From positions 29,471,868 through 29,517,808 of the forward strand of contig NC_069005.1 in the NCBI RefSeq assembly GCF_001194135.2: a DNA stretch of 45,941 nucleotides, given 5' to 3'. Both the position numbers and the translations under genes were made by a program. Positions 25,947-36,580 of the stretch are shown here, piece by piece (within the stretch, counting starts at the first letter, position 1; every line of letters begins with the position of its first letter). The notes beneath the pieces were generated by a model. It had not been told where the DNA came from. It was given only the letters and a program-made list of their open reading frames with translations, and made no database searches. The DNA comes from Octopus bimaculoides. Lineage: Eukaryota.

Positions 25947-26158
25947 TTAACCCTTTTGTTATGATACTTTTGTTAAAATATACTTTCTTTCTTACAATTA
26001 AAAAAAATCTGAAAATAGCTTTGTCATTACTAAGCTGGTGTTTGGAACAAATTTACATAAGTTTCAAGGAAGGTTTTAATTTAGATGACTTGAAAACAGA
26101 AACTTTGTACCATAGTACCAAGGGCAGTTTCAGTGGGGTTGGTATGAAAAGGGTTAAC
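25947..26158. mobile_element. TTAA-flanked MITE family B; longer interrupted copy at 40942-41826
   Basis: Termini ttaacccttttgtta ... tatgaaaagggttaa. The interior matches the reverse complement of 41205-41250 plus 41610-41640. Confidence 0.65.
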
Positions 26159-26166
26159 ATCCCTAG

Positions 26167-26257
26167 GTGTGTGGCCATGATGGAAATGTCATGATCTGTC
26201 AATCCACTGATTTTATCAAGTTTGATGAGAATTTATTTTGACGCTGAGCACACACAC
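26167..26257 (+). ncRNA. Box C/D snoRNA copy 1, predicted guide for 18S rRNA Um1288-equivalent (SNORD110-like)
   Basis: Box C ATGATGG 26177, guide ATCTGTCAATCC 26194-26205, D' CTGA 26207, C' TTGATGA 26222, D CTGA 26244, terminal stem gtgtgt/acacac. Confidence 0.8.
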
Positions 26258-26824
26258 ATTAATATTTTAGTAAACTTGGCAATTTTCTACCTTTGTTTTG
26301 CGAGTTTTTAACCCTTTAGTATTCAGATTACCCTGTATTGCTTATTTCTTCACATTGTTTCAGATTAATCAAGCTTTATATCATAGATTTGAAATTTTGA
26401 TGATATGGTTGTATGTATGTTTTTAGAATAACATTGTAGGGTAAGTATTAAAGGCCAGATTTTCGTCGCTTGGAAACCACGGCCTGTTCACGGACAAAAC
26501 TTCATGCTGCATCTGAGAAAGGTTAGTTCATGTTGTTGGAGCAATAAGCAGGGTAAATCAGGTTCACAGTAAAGCTATGGGCCTTTGGTCTTTTTTTCCT
26601 CTATGTTGTATCGTTCATGGTTTCATTTCTGTTATTTAGCCACAAAGTCAGTCTTGTGCAGATCAACAAGCATTTCAGCCATGTTCATCCTCTTATGTTC
26701 GTTTTCTTTTCTTTTTTTCAAAGTATACTTGGTTTATATTTGTTTTAGACTGTGTGGTTTGAAAGGGAATTGGTTGCTGTTTGTGATGGTCAAGCAGCTA
26801 GATAGGTGCTCTATGGTTGGGACT

Positions 26825-26908
26825 GGTGTGTAGCCGTGATGTACTCAAAATCTGTCAATCCACTGAATAAATCAGTTTGATGATAAACCATTTTGACTGA
26901 GCACACAC
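26825..26908 (+). ncRNA. Box C/D snoRNA copy 2 (same 18S guide)
   Basis: Box C GTGATGT 26836, guide ATCTGTCAATCC 26850-26861, D' 26863, C' TTGATGA 26877, D 26897, stem ggtgtgt/gcacacac. Confidence 0.8.
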
Positions 26909-27412
26909 TTTTGGAAAAGGACCAGGCCCTGTCTGTTGCATGGGCCTGGGAACTGGATGTGTGACCCTACTTCCTAAAATTTTTGTGGGGTGCTTCTTAT
27001 TTTCAGGTTTAGAAAAGGGTGCATAAAAAGTAGTTTGAAGTTAGGTTTCTTCTCAAAGAACAGAAATAAAAATTTTAAAAAGAAAAAAAAGAGAAAGTGC
27101 TTGTTAAAAATAAATATATTGGACCTGGATTTGCATTTCCTAAGCAAATTTTGTTCCCAGGCCAGTGCTCTTTTGGTTCTGCTGTTTAAACCAGCCAATT
27201 CAGGCCCAAATATTTTCCTTGTTTAATGTACAAACTGGCCAGATCAAGTGTCTCAAATCTACCCTACAATGTCATTTTAAAAATAGTCAAATCAAAATGC
27301 CAAAGGTTAGAAAAAAATAAATGTGATGCAAGTTAATCGGAAAAAAAACTGCCAAGCCTGATTTCTATGATTTCATTTGTGTTCCTTTATTTTTGGTGGT
27401 GGCCACATAATT

Positions 27413-27501
27413 GGTGTGTAACCATGATGGACTGTCAAGATCTGTCAATCCACTGATTAAATTAACTTGATTGATAAACCCATTTGACACTGAGTTCACA
27501 C
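27413..27501 (+). ncRNA. Box C/D snoRNA copy 3 (same 18S guide)
   Basis: Box C ATGATGG 27424, guide 27440-27451, D' 27453, degenerate C' near 27467, D 27490, stem gtgtgtaac/gttcacac. Confidence 0.75.
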
Positions 27502-28666
27502 TATTTTTTGGCCCTTGTCATTGTTGAAAACTTGGCTCTGATTTAGTTGGGTTCTATCTGTTTAGTCTAGGTCCACATGACCCTTGAGGGGCCACATAGG
27601 ATTTTGTTGTTAAAGTTTATATTTGGTTTATATTTCTACAATACACAAAATATTTAATGTAAAAATATAATTTTGGTATTGAGTTTATGCTAATTCTTTC
27701 AAATTTATAACTTTGACAAGTTTGTGTGGGATTTTTTCTAAATTGTGAGTGGTTGGCGGACTTGTTGAAGCATCAGGAAAAAATATCTTGCAGTATTTGG
27801 TTTTGAGTTCAAATCCTGCTGTGGTCGCCTTTTCCTTTTATTCCTTTTGGGATCAATGAAATATGGGGTGGTGAGGGGGTGATGGTATCAACTAAACCTG
27901 CCCCCACTAAATTTCACTCTTTGTGCCTCCATGGTGGCAGGCCCCTCATCTGGGATGCCACATGCTGAAACCTCCAGCAGCAAACTGCCACAGTATTGAT
28001 CACTCTGACAAGTTTATGGTCGAGTCTGTGACAGTGGAGACCTCCAGCATTCTTGGCTCCCAGACCATATTCCTGTTCTCTGCTATTGGAGTGGAGGTGG
28101 CTATCTGCAAGTGTGAGTCAGGGTGGCTTTACACCAAATCTCCCTTGTCTTTCTCTGGCACAATACCGTTTCCATTTTCTCTGCTGGGACCAGGAGGTGG
28201 TCTGAATCAAGAGAACATAAGAATTTTGTAGTTCACTGCACAAACAATAACCTACTTCGTTGTTGACTGATTCACTGCGAACCTGTTCTATAGTAAGGAT
28301 ATATAAATATTCACTCCTCCAGAAACAGTTTATTTTAGCCCTTTAGCATTTAATCCAAGCCAAATATTCTTCCTGTTTAATGTTCAAACCAACCGGGTCC
28401 AACCTCTCACACCTACCATACAATGTCATTCTAAAAATATACAACCACACCATTGAAATGTCAAAGCTACAAAATAGTGTGATTAATTCAAAATAATATG
28501 AATAAATAAGCAATACATTTGACAAAGAAATCTGAATGCTGAAGGGTTAAGAATGGTGATCAGTAGAACAATGGGGAATGTAATAACTTGTCTTGCAGTA
28601 TTAGTTGATGTTTGGTGTTAGAAACTTATTACAATGCTTTTCATATTCTCCAACAGTTCATTCATT

Positions 28667-30931
28667 ATGGAAGGAAAAGAGAAAACGAAGCCAGTGACTA
28701 AGGAAGCAAAGAGCGCATCAAACAAGCGCCGACCTCGTAATCCGGTCATATCTTCAACGGGTTTGAGGAGGTTTTCTAGATCTCGGGTATACAAGAGGAG
28801 GAGAATTTTCATCAAAAAGGAACAACCCAAGACAAAAGCAGTTAAGAAGCCCAAACCTGCAAAGTATGTCGTGAAGCCTATTGGTGGTGAGAAAAATGGC
28901 GAAACGAGGAAAGTCCGTGTTAAGCGATTGGTGAGTCATTGTATTTCTGTTTACTGTGGGGTTGAGTGATATTACTGTGTTGCTTCAAGCCAACATGACA
29001 TTATATTGTCTCTTGGCAAATTATGTTACTACTTTAGTTCACGACGGCTTTGGAATAGTTTCTTAGTCATGTTAGTATGTTTAACCTTTTAGTATTTAAA
29101 GTGGCCATATCTAGCTCAATTTTCTGTTCAAACTGTGAAGGCGCCTGGCTCAGTGGTTAGAGTGTCGGGCTTACAATCATGGGGTAGTAAGTTTGATTTC
29201 CAGACTGGATTGTGTTGTGTTCTTGAGCAAGACACTTTATTTCATGTTGCAATGCTGTATTGGCCTTTGGGTAGCATGGGGAGGGGAGGCTGGTATGCAT
29301 GTGCAACTGGTGGTCTTCCATAAATAACCTTGCCCAGACTTGTGTCTCAGAGGTGGGTGGGCTTCCCTGGTGTAATCCCATGGTCATTCATGACTCAAGT
29401 TCCAGATCGCCCACACCTGTTCTACAATGTCATTCTAATAACATACAAAGAATGCACCTTCTGTTCAGGGGGCCAGCAGATAATTTGGCTCATGCAGTGT
29501 ATTGTGGGTGTCGCCCAAGTATTTTTCTTACATCTGGAACCCTGCTACGCTTACGCTCGTAGACATCCTACACTACATCCAAAAAGGGAGAGAGGTTGAC
29601 TGATTGGCATAAAGCCCTTGCACTCCTGACAATCTATATACTGTCTTTTTTTCTGCCCCTAAAAGACCTCTACTCCTTGGAACTGGCCTGTTCACTCAGG
29701 CATTCCCAAGCTTCATGCTAATCACTTCACCAAATCCGTAGAAGTCCTTCCTTTTAAGCTCTATGCAGTTTTTTATTCACTTCCTGTTTGAGAGGAACAT
29801 TAATGAGGTCAATCTTACTGGTTCAGAATAACCTGTGAAAGCCATGTGCACTGCCCCTTCCTCCGGGCACAGCAAGTATTAACCCCTTAGCATTTAAACT
29901 GGCCATATCCAGCCTGAATATTCAACTTGTTTTATCTTCAAACTGACCAGATCTGGCATCTCACATTTACCCTTTAATGTTATTCTAGAAATAATCTCAA
30001 AGCTATGATATGATGCATGTCTAATTCATATCAATGTGAATGAATAAGCATTACACTTGACTGAATGCTAAAGGGTTAAAGGAAGGGGAAAAAAGACCCT
30101 GATGGTTTCAATGTTTACAAAAGGGAAAAGAATTTTGTTTCTTGCACCTGTGTGGTCGGTAGCAAATTTCCATTCTGCTTTTCTTTGTTTCTGTGGACAG
30201 TCTGTTTCCCTGACTACTAATTTGATTTCAATGTCTCAGAACTGAAAGGAGATATATTTTGTGTAGTGTGAGTTGGATCATAATCTTCTCCACTTTGTTG
30301 TGTGTAGAAATATTGACCCACAACTTCAGGGCTTAAATTTATGGTCCATCCATTCGTCAGTAACAGTGGTAGATTGGTAAGTTACAGCATTTAGATTACA
30401 TTTTACTCAACTTGTGGTAATGGAACTAAAGTTATGGTATCTTGATCCTAATTTTGATTAGTTGCTTGGTTGTCAAACTTTCTATAAACTTTTTAGGAAT
30501 GAATAAATGGTAGATGCTGTAGATATAACAGTGACCTTTATACAGTATGAAATTTTTAGTAAAAAAAAAATAGATGAGTAAAAAGTGAAGTAGAGCTAAA
30601 ATTCTGACTTACATTTTTTAAGTTGTTTTTTTTTTTTACCCCCAGCCTCGCCATATTCCAACACAAGAAGGTAGAAAAAGACAGTCGAAACACAGGAAGC
30701 CATTCTCTAAGCATAAGCGTAATCTGCGCAAATCTATTGTTCCTGGAACAGTGCTTATTCTGCTAGCAGGAAGGCACAAGGGAAAGGTATGTATATTTCT
30801 TCAGTTTTGTGGATGTTAACTAATATCCATCTGTCTTTTCTTTTCTCTCTCTCACTCTTTCCTGATCAGTTGCTGTTTAAATTTATGTGCAATAAACTGG
30901 TTATATTTCAAACACAAAATATTTAAACTTT

Positions 30932-30975
<44 letters not shown>

Positions 30976-31804
30976 CCTAATATTTAATATTTAATCATGA
31001 AAAACTTATAATAGGAATTTTTAAACATCGAATGACTATGAGGGCCCCACCTCCCTGAGTAAAACAGGAGTCGTTCGATATAATGTAATCAGTTGGCTGA
31101 AGATTGTTAAGGCTAAGAAACTACCTTAGATCTTCCTGGTCATGTGCCAGGATTTGCATTTAGCACGGTTGTTGCTATTAATTTTTGTGCCAAAGTTTTA
31201 AGATTTGTGTCATGAATTGAAAGGTTGTACAGGAGTGAGTCATCACTTTGACGCTATGCCCTAATAGCTTTTTCTCTTGGTGAGGAATTATTTTCTGTAC
31301 AGAATTTAAAATGGTTATTAGTGGAAGAAACTTGTGGATGGTTACTTGTTGAATATTAAAGATTAATTTTTACTAATCAAAATATTCATGTGATTTTTGG
31401 TGCACAAAGAAAAGGTCCTTAATCAATTCTGTTGCATAACTTTTGTCTCAAAGTGACCCTAATTACAAGTTATTTCAATAAAATATAAAAAATTTTGTTT
31501 AAACATCACCATCGCAAATGTCATCAGCTAATATTCAATTTTAATATAGAAGAACTGTGCATATCACTAGATTATCAATTGCATTTAATGCACATAAGAA
31601 CAGGTGTATCATAAAGGTCGAATAAAAATGAAATGAATACACAGCCCTAGTCAAATCGTCCGGCCCATGGACGACAGACATTAAATGATGATGATATGAT
31701 GTAATAAAGATTTGCAAAACAAATTACATCGAAACTTGTCACTCACCTTACAGGTAAATAAAAAGTAAAAACGAAATGAATTTGAAAAATATTTATTAGA
31801 TCAA

Positions 31805-31877
<73 letters not shown>

Positions 31878-34800
31878 TATTCACACAATATTTCTGTGCT
31901 GGAAACTTGTAAAACATCCCAGTCTACATATTGCAGCCTTGCAGAATGAGCATTGGAAAGCAGTTTTAATTTATTTATTTATTATTATTTTTTCTATATC
32001 CAATGGCAGCCCTTTTCTACTAGCAATTACTGTAGCACATGTACATGTCATCACAGCTTCTAAATCCACTGCAAGTTTAACCAAACTGAAAAAAAATTGA
32101 TAAAAAAATAATATACGGCCATGGTTACAGTATGGAAGCGATGAATTACAGACCACATCGTACTATAGGCCATGCTGACATACATAGTTGTCCCGTTTCC
32201 CTATATAAAAACTAAACCCACAACAGTACCCTGTATTTGCTTTGCAAATCTTCCAAGCTTTGATCCCCCACTTTGTGGGTTTTCCTGGCATATTTTGTCG
32301 GAAACATGCTCTGCCTTTATTCCTCACTATGGATAAGGTGTATACCAGGGTTGTAAAGTGTTTTATATGCAAACGCAGTTGATGAAGGGTCTTATTTTAA
32401 ATAAGGGACTAAGTTTGGTTCTCCATGTACTGGGGTACTACTAGTGTCTCTCACATGTAAATAGTTTTACAAATCATGTCCTAACAACTGGAAATGTATT
32501 GGAATCCAAAAGGTGCATGATTACTCCACTTGAATTTGTTTCAAAAATTAATTGAAATAAAAAGTGAGTATTCTATTAATTTCTGCATAATTCATTAAAT
32601 ACCAGAATGGGTTTGTTAGCAAACGTCCCTTATTTTTGTTTTCATTTTTAATATATTGCTTCTTCAGTACTGATGATAACAAGAATTGTGAAAACTCTAG
32701 GATAATTCTTTCTTTTCCTCTAGCGTGTTGTATTCCTGAAGCAGCTTAGCAGTGGTCTGCTCCTTGTGACAGGTAAGGGCTTCTATAGTATTTCTACCAT
32801 TTGGCCTTTCTTTTACCATGTTACTCCTGCTGTTGTCTCAACTGAATTTATAAAATGAATTGGGTTGGTCTCATAATGCAACTAGCTTTTCTGTTTATTT
32901 CTATATTGGGGTAGTGTTCAGAGCATGGCAAGGAAGTTACTCGAATAAATCTACAAAATTTTCATTTCAGAGTTACTCTAATTACATGAATTCAGTAAAA
33001 TATACAATTTGCCATCCTTTAAAACGTCATTTTCAATATTTGGGATAGATGACAATAGTCAACGATTGTGTGCAAATAAAACTGCATGTTCATGCAAAGA
33101 GGCAAGAAGGGAGCACAAAATATTATTATTGAAGTTTGGGGAAAGATTATATTATCCTAGTGAAGAAGGGTGGCAACAAAATTTTCACAAGTTATATCAA
33201 CGATGAGGTGCATTCTAAGGATACGTTATGTATATACACACACACAGAGGGAATTGTATTCGTGTCCACATCCATTAGTAGCCCTCCCTTATTTGCAATC
33301 AGAATGGCATATGTTTGTTGCCATAGCTTGGAAGTTCTTAACTAATTTCACTAGAATGTGGTAATCCATGTTTTCTTAGAGGGCTTATCGCTTATCTAAC
33401 CATGCTAACCTGCACCATTGTCTTTCTGGTACCAGAGTAGAGCCACGACATTAATCTGTCTCACTTCATGGATTGTCAAACTTTCTTCACCTGAAATGAA
33501 TTGTGAAAAATGTTGGGTGTTTGTGATGGACTGTTTTTTTTTTCTATGAGGAGTTGCTTCCCTTTGACTTTGATGTTCTATTGTATTATATGGAACATAA
33601 TCTCCCTCTGCTGGTGCCTAGTGATTGTGGCACAGTTTCAATAAATTAAAATCATTGATGTTGGAGACCTAGCTGTTCCACCTGTATAGTCTGAATAGCT
33701 ATTTATTGCAGTTATCATCATCATCAAAGGTATAAATGAAAGATAATAGTCAGTAGAGAGCCTGGTTGGAATGTGAAACCTCATTATCAATTTATTTTCA
33801 CCCACTCCTTGTGTATACATGTCTCTCTCTCTCTCTGTATTTTGCTCTATGTACTTAATGTATGCTGATTCGATTGTTTCAGGTCCATTTGCAATGAACG
33901 GTTGCCCACTGCGTCGTGTCAACCAGATCTATGCAATTGCCACCACAGCTAGAGCTGATGTGAGCAAGGTTCAGATACCAGTCAGGATAAACGATAACTA
34001 TTTCAAAAGAAAGGCCAAGAAGGCTAATAAACACAAAGAAGTGGAATTGTTTGAAACAGAGAAGAAGGTAATTATTAACTTTTTGGATCTTGTCCACCCT
34101 TTAGTGCACAGAGTAATCTGTCGAGTATCATGTTAGTTTATTTATATTGTTTTGAATTAATCTTATATTATCTTGTTAAGTGATTTTTTAGTGTTAGAAC
34201 GACATTTTAGGGTTCAGGTGGGAGGCCAGTTTCAACATGAAACAGATAAAATTATTTTGGCTGGAAATCACTGGTTTGAATGCTAATGGGTCCAGACAAC
34301 AATTTACTAAACCATGGTGGTCTTCAGTATATTTTTTTTTTTTTATCTTGTTTGCTTGTTTCAGTTATTGTACTGTGCAAAAATGTATGTTGTTGGCACT
34401 CCATCGCTTACGACGTCGAGGATCCCAGTTGATCCGATCAACGGAACAGCCTGCTCATGAAATTAACGTGCAAGTGGCTGAGCACTCCACAGACACGTGT
34501 ACCCTTAATCAAGTTCTCGGGGAGATTCAGCGTGACACAGTGTGACAAGGCTGACCCTTTGAATTACAGGCACAACAGAAACGGGGAGAAAGTTGTGGTG
34601 AGAGAGTACAGCAGGGTTCGCCACCATCCCCTGCTGGAGCCTCGTGGAGCTTTAAGTGTTTTCGCTCAATAAACACTCACAACGCCCGGTCTAAGAATTG
34701 AAACCGCTAGTCCGCTGCCCTAACCACTGGGCCATTGCGCCTCCACTGCAAATGTATATTGCCTTAAAAAATTCAATCCCAGTATTTTTTATGCTACTTA

Positions 34801-36218
34801 TTTTATCAGTCTCTTTTCCTGGGCTGCTACATTATTGGAGACACATAGACGCATACATGCATATGATAGGGCTTCCACTCAGTTTCCATCTATTGATTTC
34901 ACTCAGACACAGCTGGACTGCTTCATTAAATTCATTTCAATAATTAACACAAGCAGTTAAGAACAGAATCAATATTTGTTTTCTATTTACCATTCAAGAT
35001 GAGGTCTTTAACCCTTTAGCATTTGAACCGGCCATATCCGGCCAAAAGTATTCTGCCTATTCTATGTTCAAACTGGCATGATCTGGTCTCTCACACCAAC
35101 CCTACAATATCATTTAAAAAAATTAACAGCTACCTCATCAAAATCTCATAGCTACAAGATAATGCATGATTAGTTCAAAACAATGTGGATAAAAGAAGCA
35201 TTAATTATGGTAGAATAATGTGAACACTAAAAGGTTAATGTCAGTGTACTTGCCTGAGAAAATGCTTCATGAAGTGGTGTTAAGATGTTCGGCTTGCAAT
35301 ATCGAGCTGGTTCCCTATTTTGCTGTGCTACTATTATAACCAATAAATGTGGAGACATTTCTTAAGTGTGTGTTAGGTGCGTCTGCTCAGTTGAAGTGTA
35401 AGCTGGGTTGTCATAAAATGCTGACTTAACGGGGAACATTTTTACTATATTTTGAACCTTGAGAACAGCTTAATGTTAATGTTATCATATTCTTCTTTGA
35501 TGACAGTGGAGATATAAAGGATATTAGGTGACCATCCACATTGTAGTAACAGTCAATGAATGGTGTAAGGAGGTACAACTATTTTTTTTCCCATAAAACT
35601 GCTATTAATGGTTTGTGGTACAGTGTCATCATCATCGTTTAACGTCCGCTTTCCATGCTAGCATGGGTTGGACGATTTGACTGAGGACTGGTGAAACCGG
35701 ATGGCAACACCAGGCTCCAATCTAATTTGGCAGAGTTTCTACAGCTGGATGCCCTTCCTAACGCCAACCACTCAGAGTGTAGTGGGTGCTTTTACGTGTC
35801 ACCCGCACGAAGGCCAGTCAGGCGGTACTGGCAACGGCCACGCTCAAAGTGGTGTCTTTTATGTGCCACCCACACAGTGTAGGTATTAATTTTAATTTCT
35901 GCAGAGACCAATCTATTTCGTGTTTCCATTATCAAGTAGAGTTATTTTGCATGCGTGTGTGTGTGTGTGTGTGTCTGTCTATCTCACAGATTGTCATTGT
36001 AGAAAAGCGTGGCAATGGTGGACATTTTTCTAAATGTTGTATTGTTTTCGTTTCAGGAGTATACCCTGACAAAAGAACGTAAAGAGGACCAGGTAGAGGT
36101 GGACAAGCAGGTTCTTGATGCTATCAAGAAGCATAAGGACAGAAAACAACTGAAGGGGTACTTGCAGTCAATGTTTTCTTTGAAAAATAAAATGTACCCA
36201 CACAAGATGTTATTCTGA
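28667..36218 (+). CDS. RPL6: 60S ribosomal protein L6 (eL6), 266 aa
   Basis: Coding exons 28667-28930, 30646-30786, 32724-32772, 33883-34067, 36057-36218 (801 nt), all GT-AG and in phase. Hallmarks: [83 protein letters not shown] at 36243-36248. Confidence 0.97.
31880..32520 (-). mobile_element. Degenerate, internally deleted piggyBac (PGBD-like) transposase relic in RPL6 intron 3
   Basis: KGRACFRQNMPGKPTKWGIKAWKICKANTGYCCGFSFYIGK (32163-32372) continues past one stop as YDVV..PY..GRILFFYQFF..CATVIASRKGLP (31971-32156). It is followed by the C-terminal Cys-rich motif KTAFQCSFCKAAICRLGCFTSFQH* (~31882-31968). Confidence 0.85.
35626..35872 (-). mobile_element. Retroposon 3' tail with (GAT)n end; copies at 570-760, 3810-3960, 4490-4600, 5620-5780, 9498-9760, 16710-16830
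   Basis: Shared catgctagcatgggttgga...ctggatgcccttcctaacgccaaccact. The 9498-9760 copy interrupts a family A MITE. Confidence 0.7.
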
Positions 36219-36580
36219 TCAGTGTACAATTTGTTCTTTGGGAATAAATCTGTATAAGTCATACGGTGTCTTTGGCTGCTTTTGTTTATTGTTTGTTGGT
36301 GAGTGTTTTGTTTGAATGTATATATGTATGTATGTGTATGTATATATATGTATGTGTATATATAGGTGTGTATATATATATATAAATATATATTTATTTA
36401 TTTATATATATATTTTTTTTATTTATAGTTTCAGCTTAGAGCTGCGGCCATGCTGAGGCACCGCCGTGTTGCTACACTTATTACAGGGAGCCTCTTACAA
36501 CATGTGGCACTTGGAGAAAAATGGAGTTTGATTTAGCAACCTTCATTTGCACCTCCTGCCGCGAGGTAGGTTCATCTGGG

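Noticed and set aside
26167-27501. Repeat-spacer pattern as a CRISPR-like array
   Set aside because: The context is eukaryotic and the spacing is ~600 bp. Conservation is confined to C/D boxes and an rRNA-antisense 12-mer.
31029-31150. H/ACA snoRNA candidate in RPL6 intron 3 (two hairpins, ATATAA)
   Set aside because: No ACA box follows the second hairpin and there is no clear pseudouridylation pocket. Similar candidates near 30260-30400 and 35360-35445 lack an H box.
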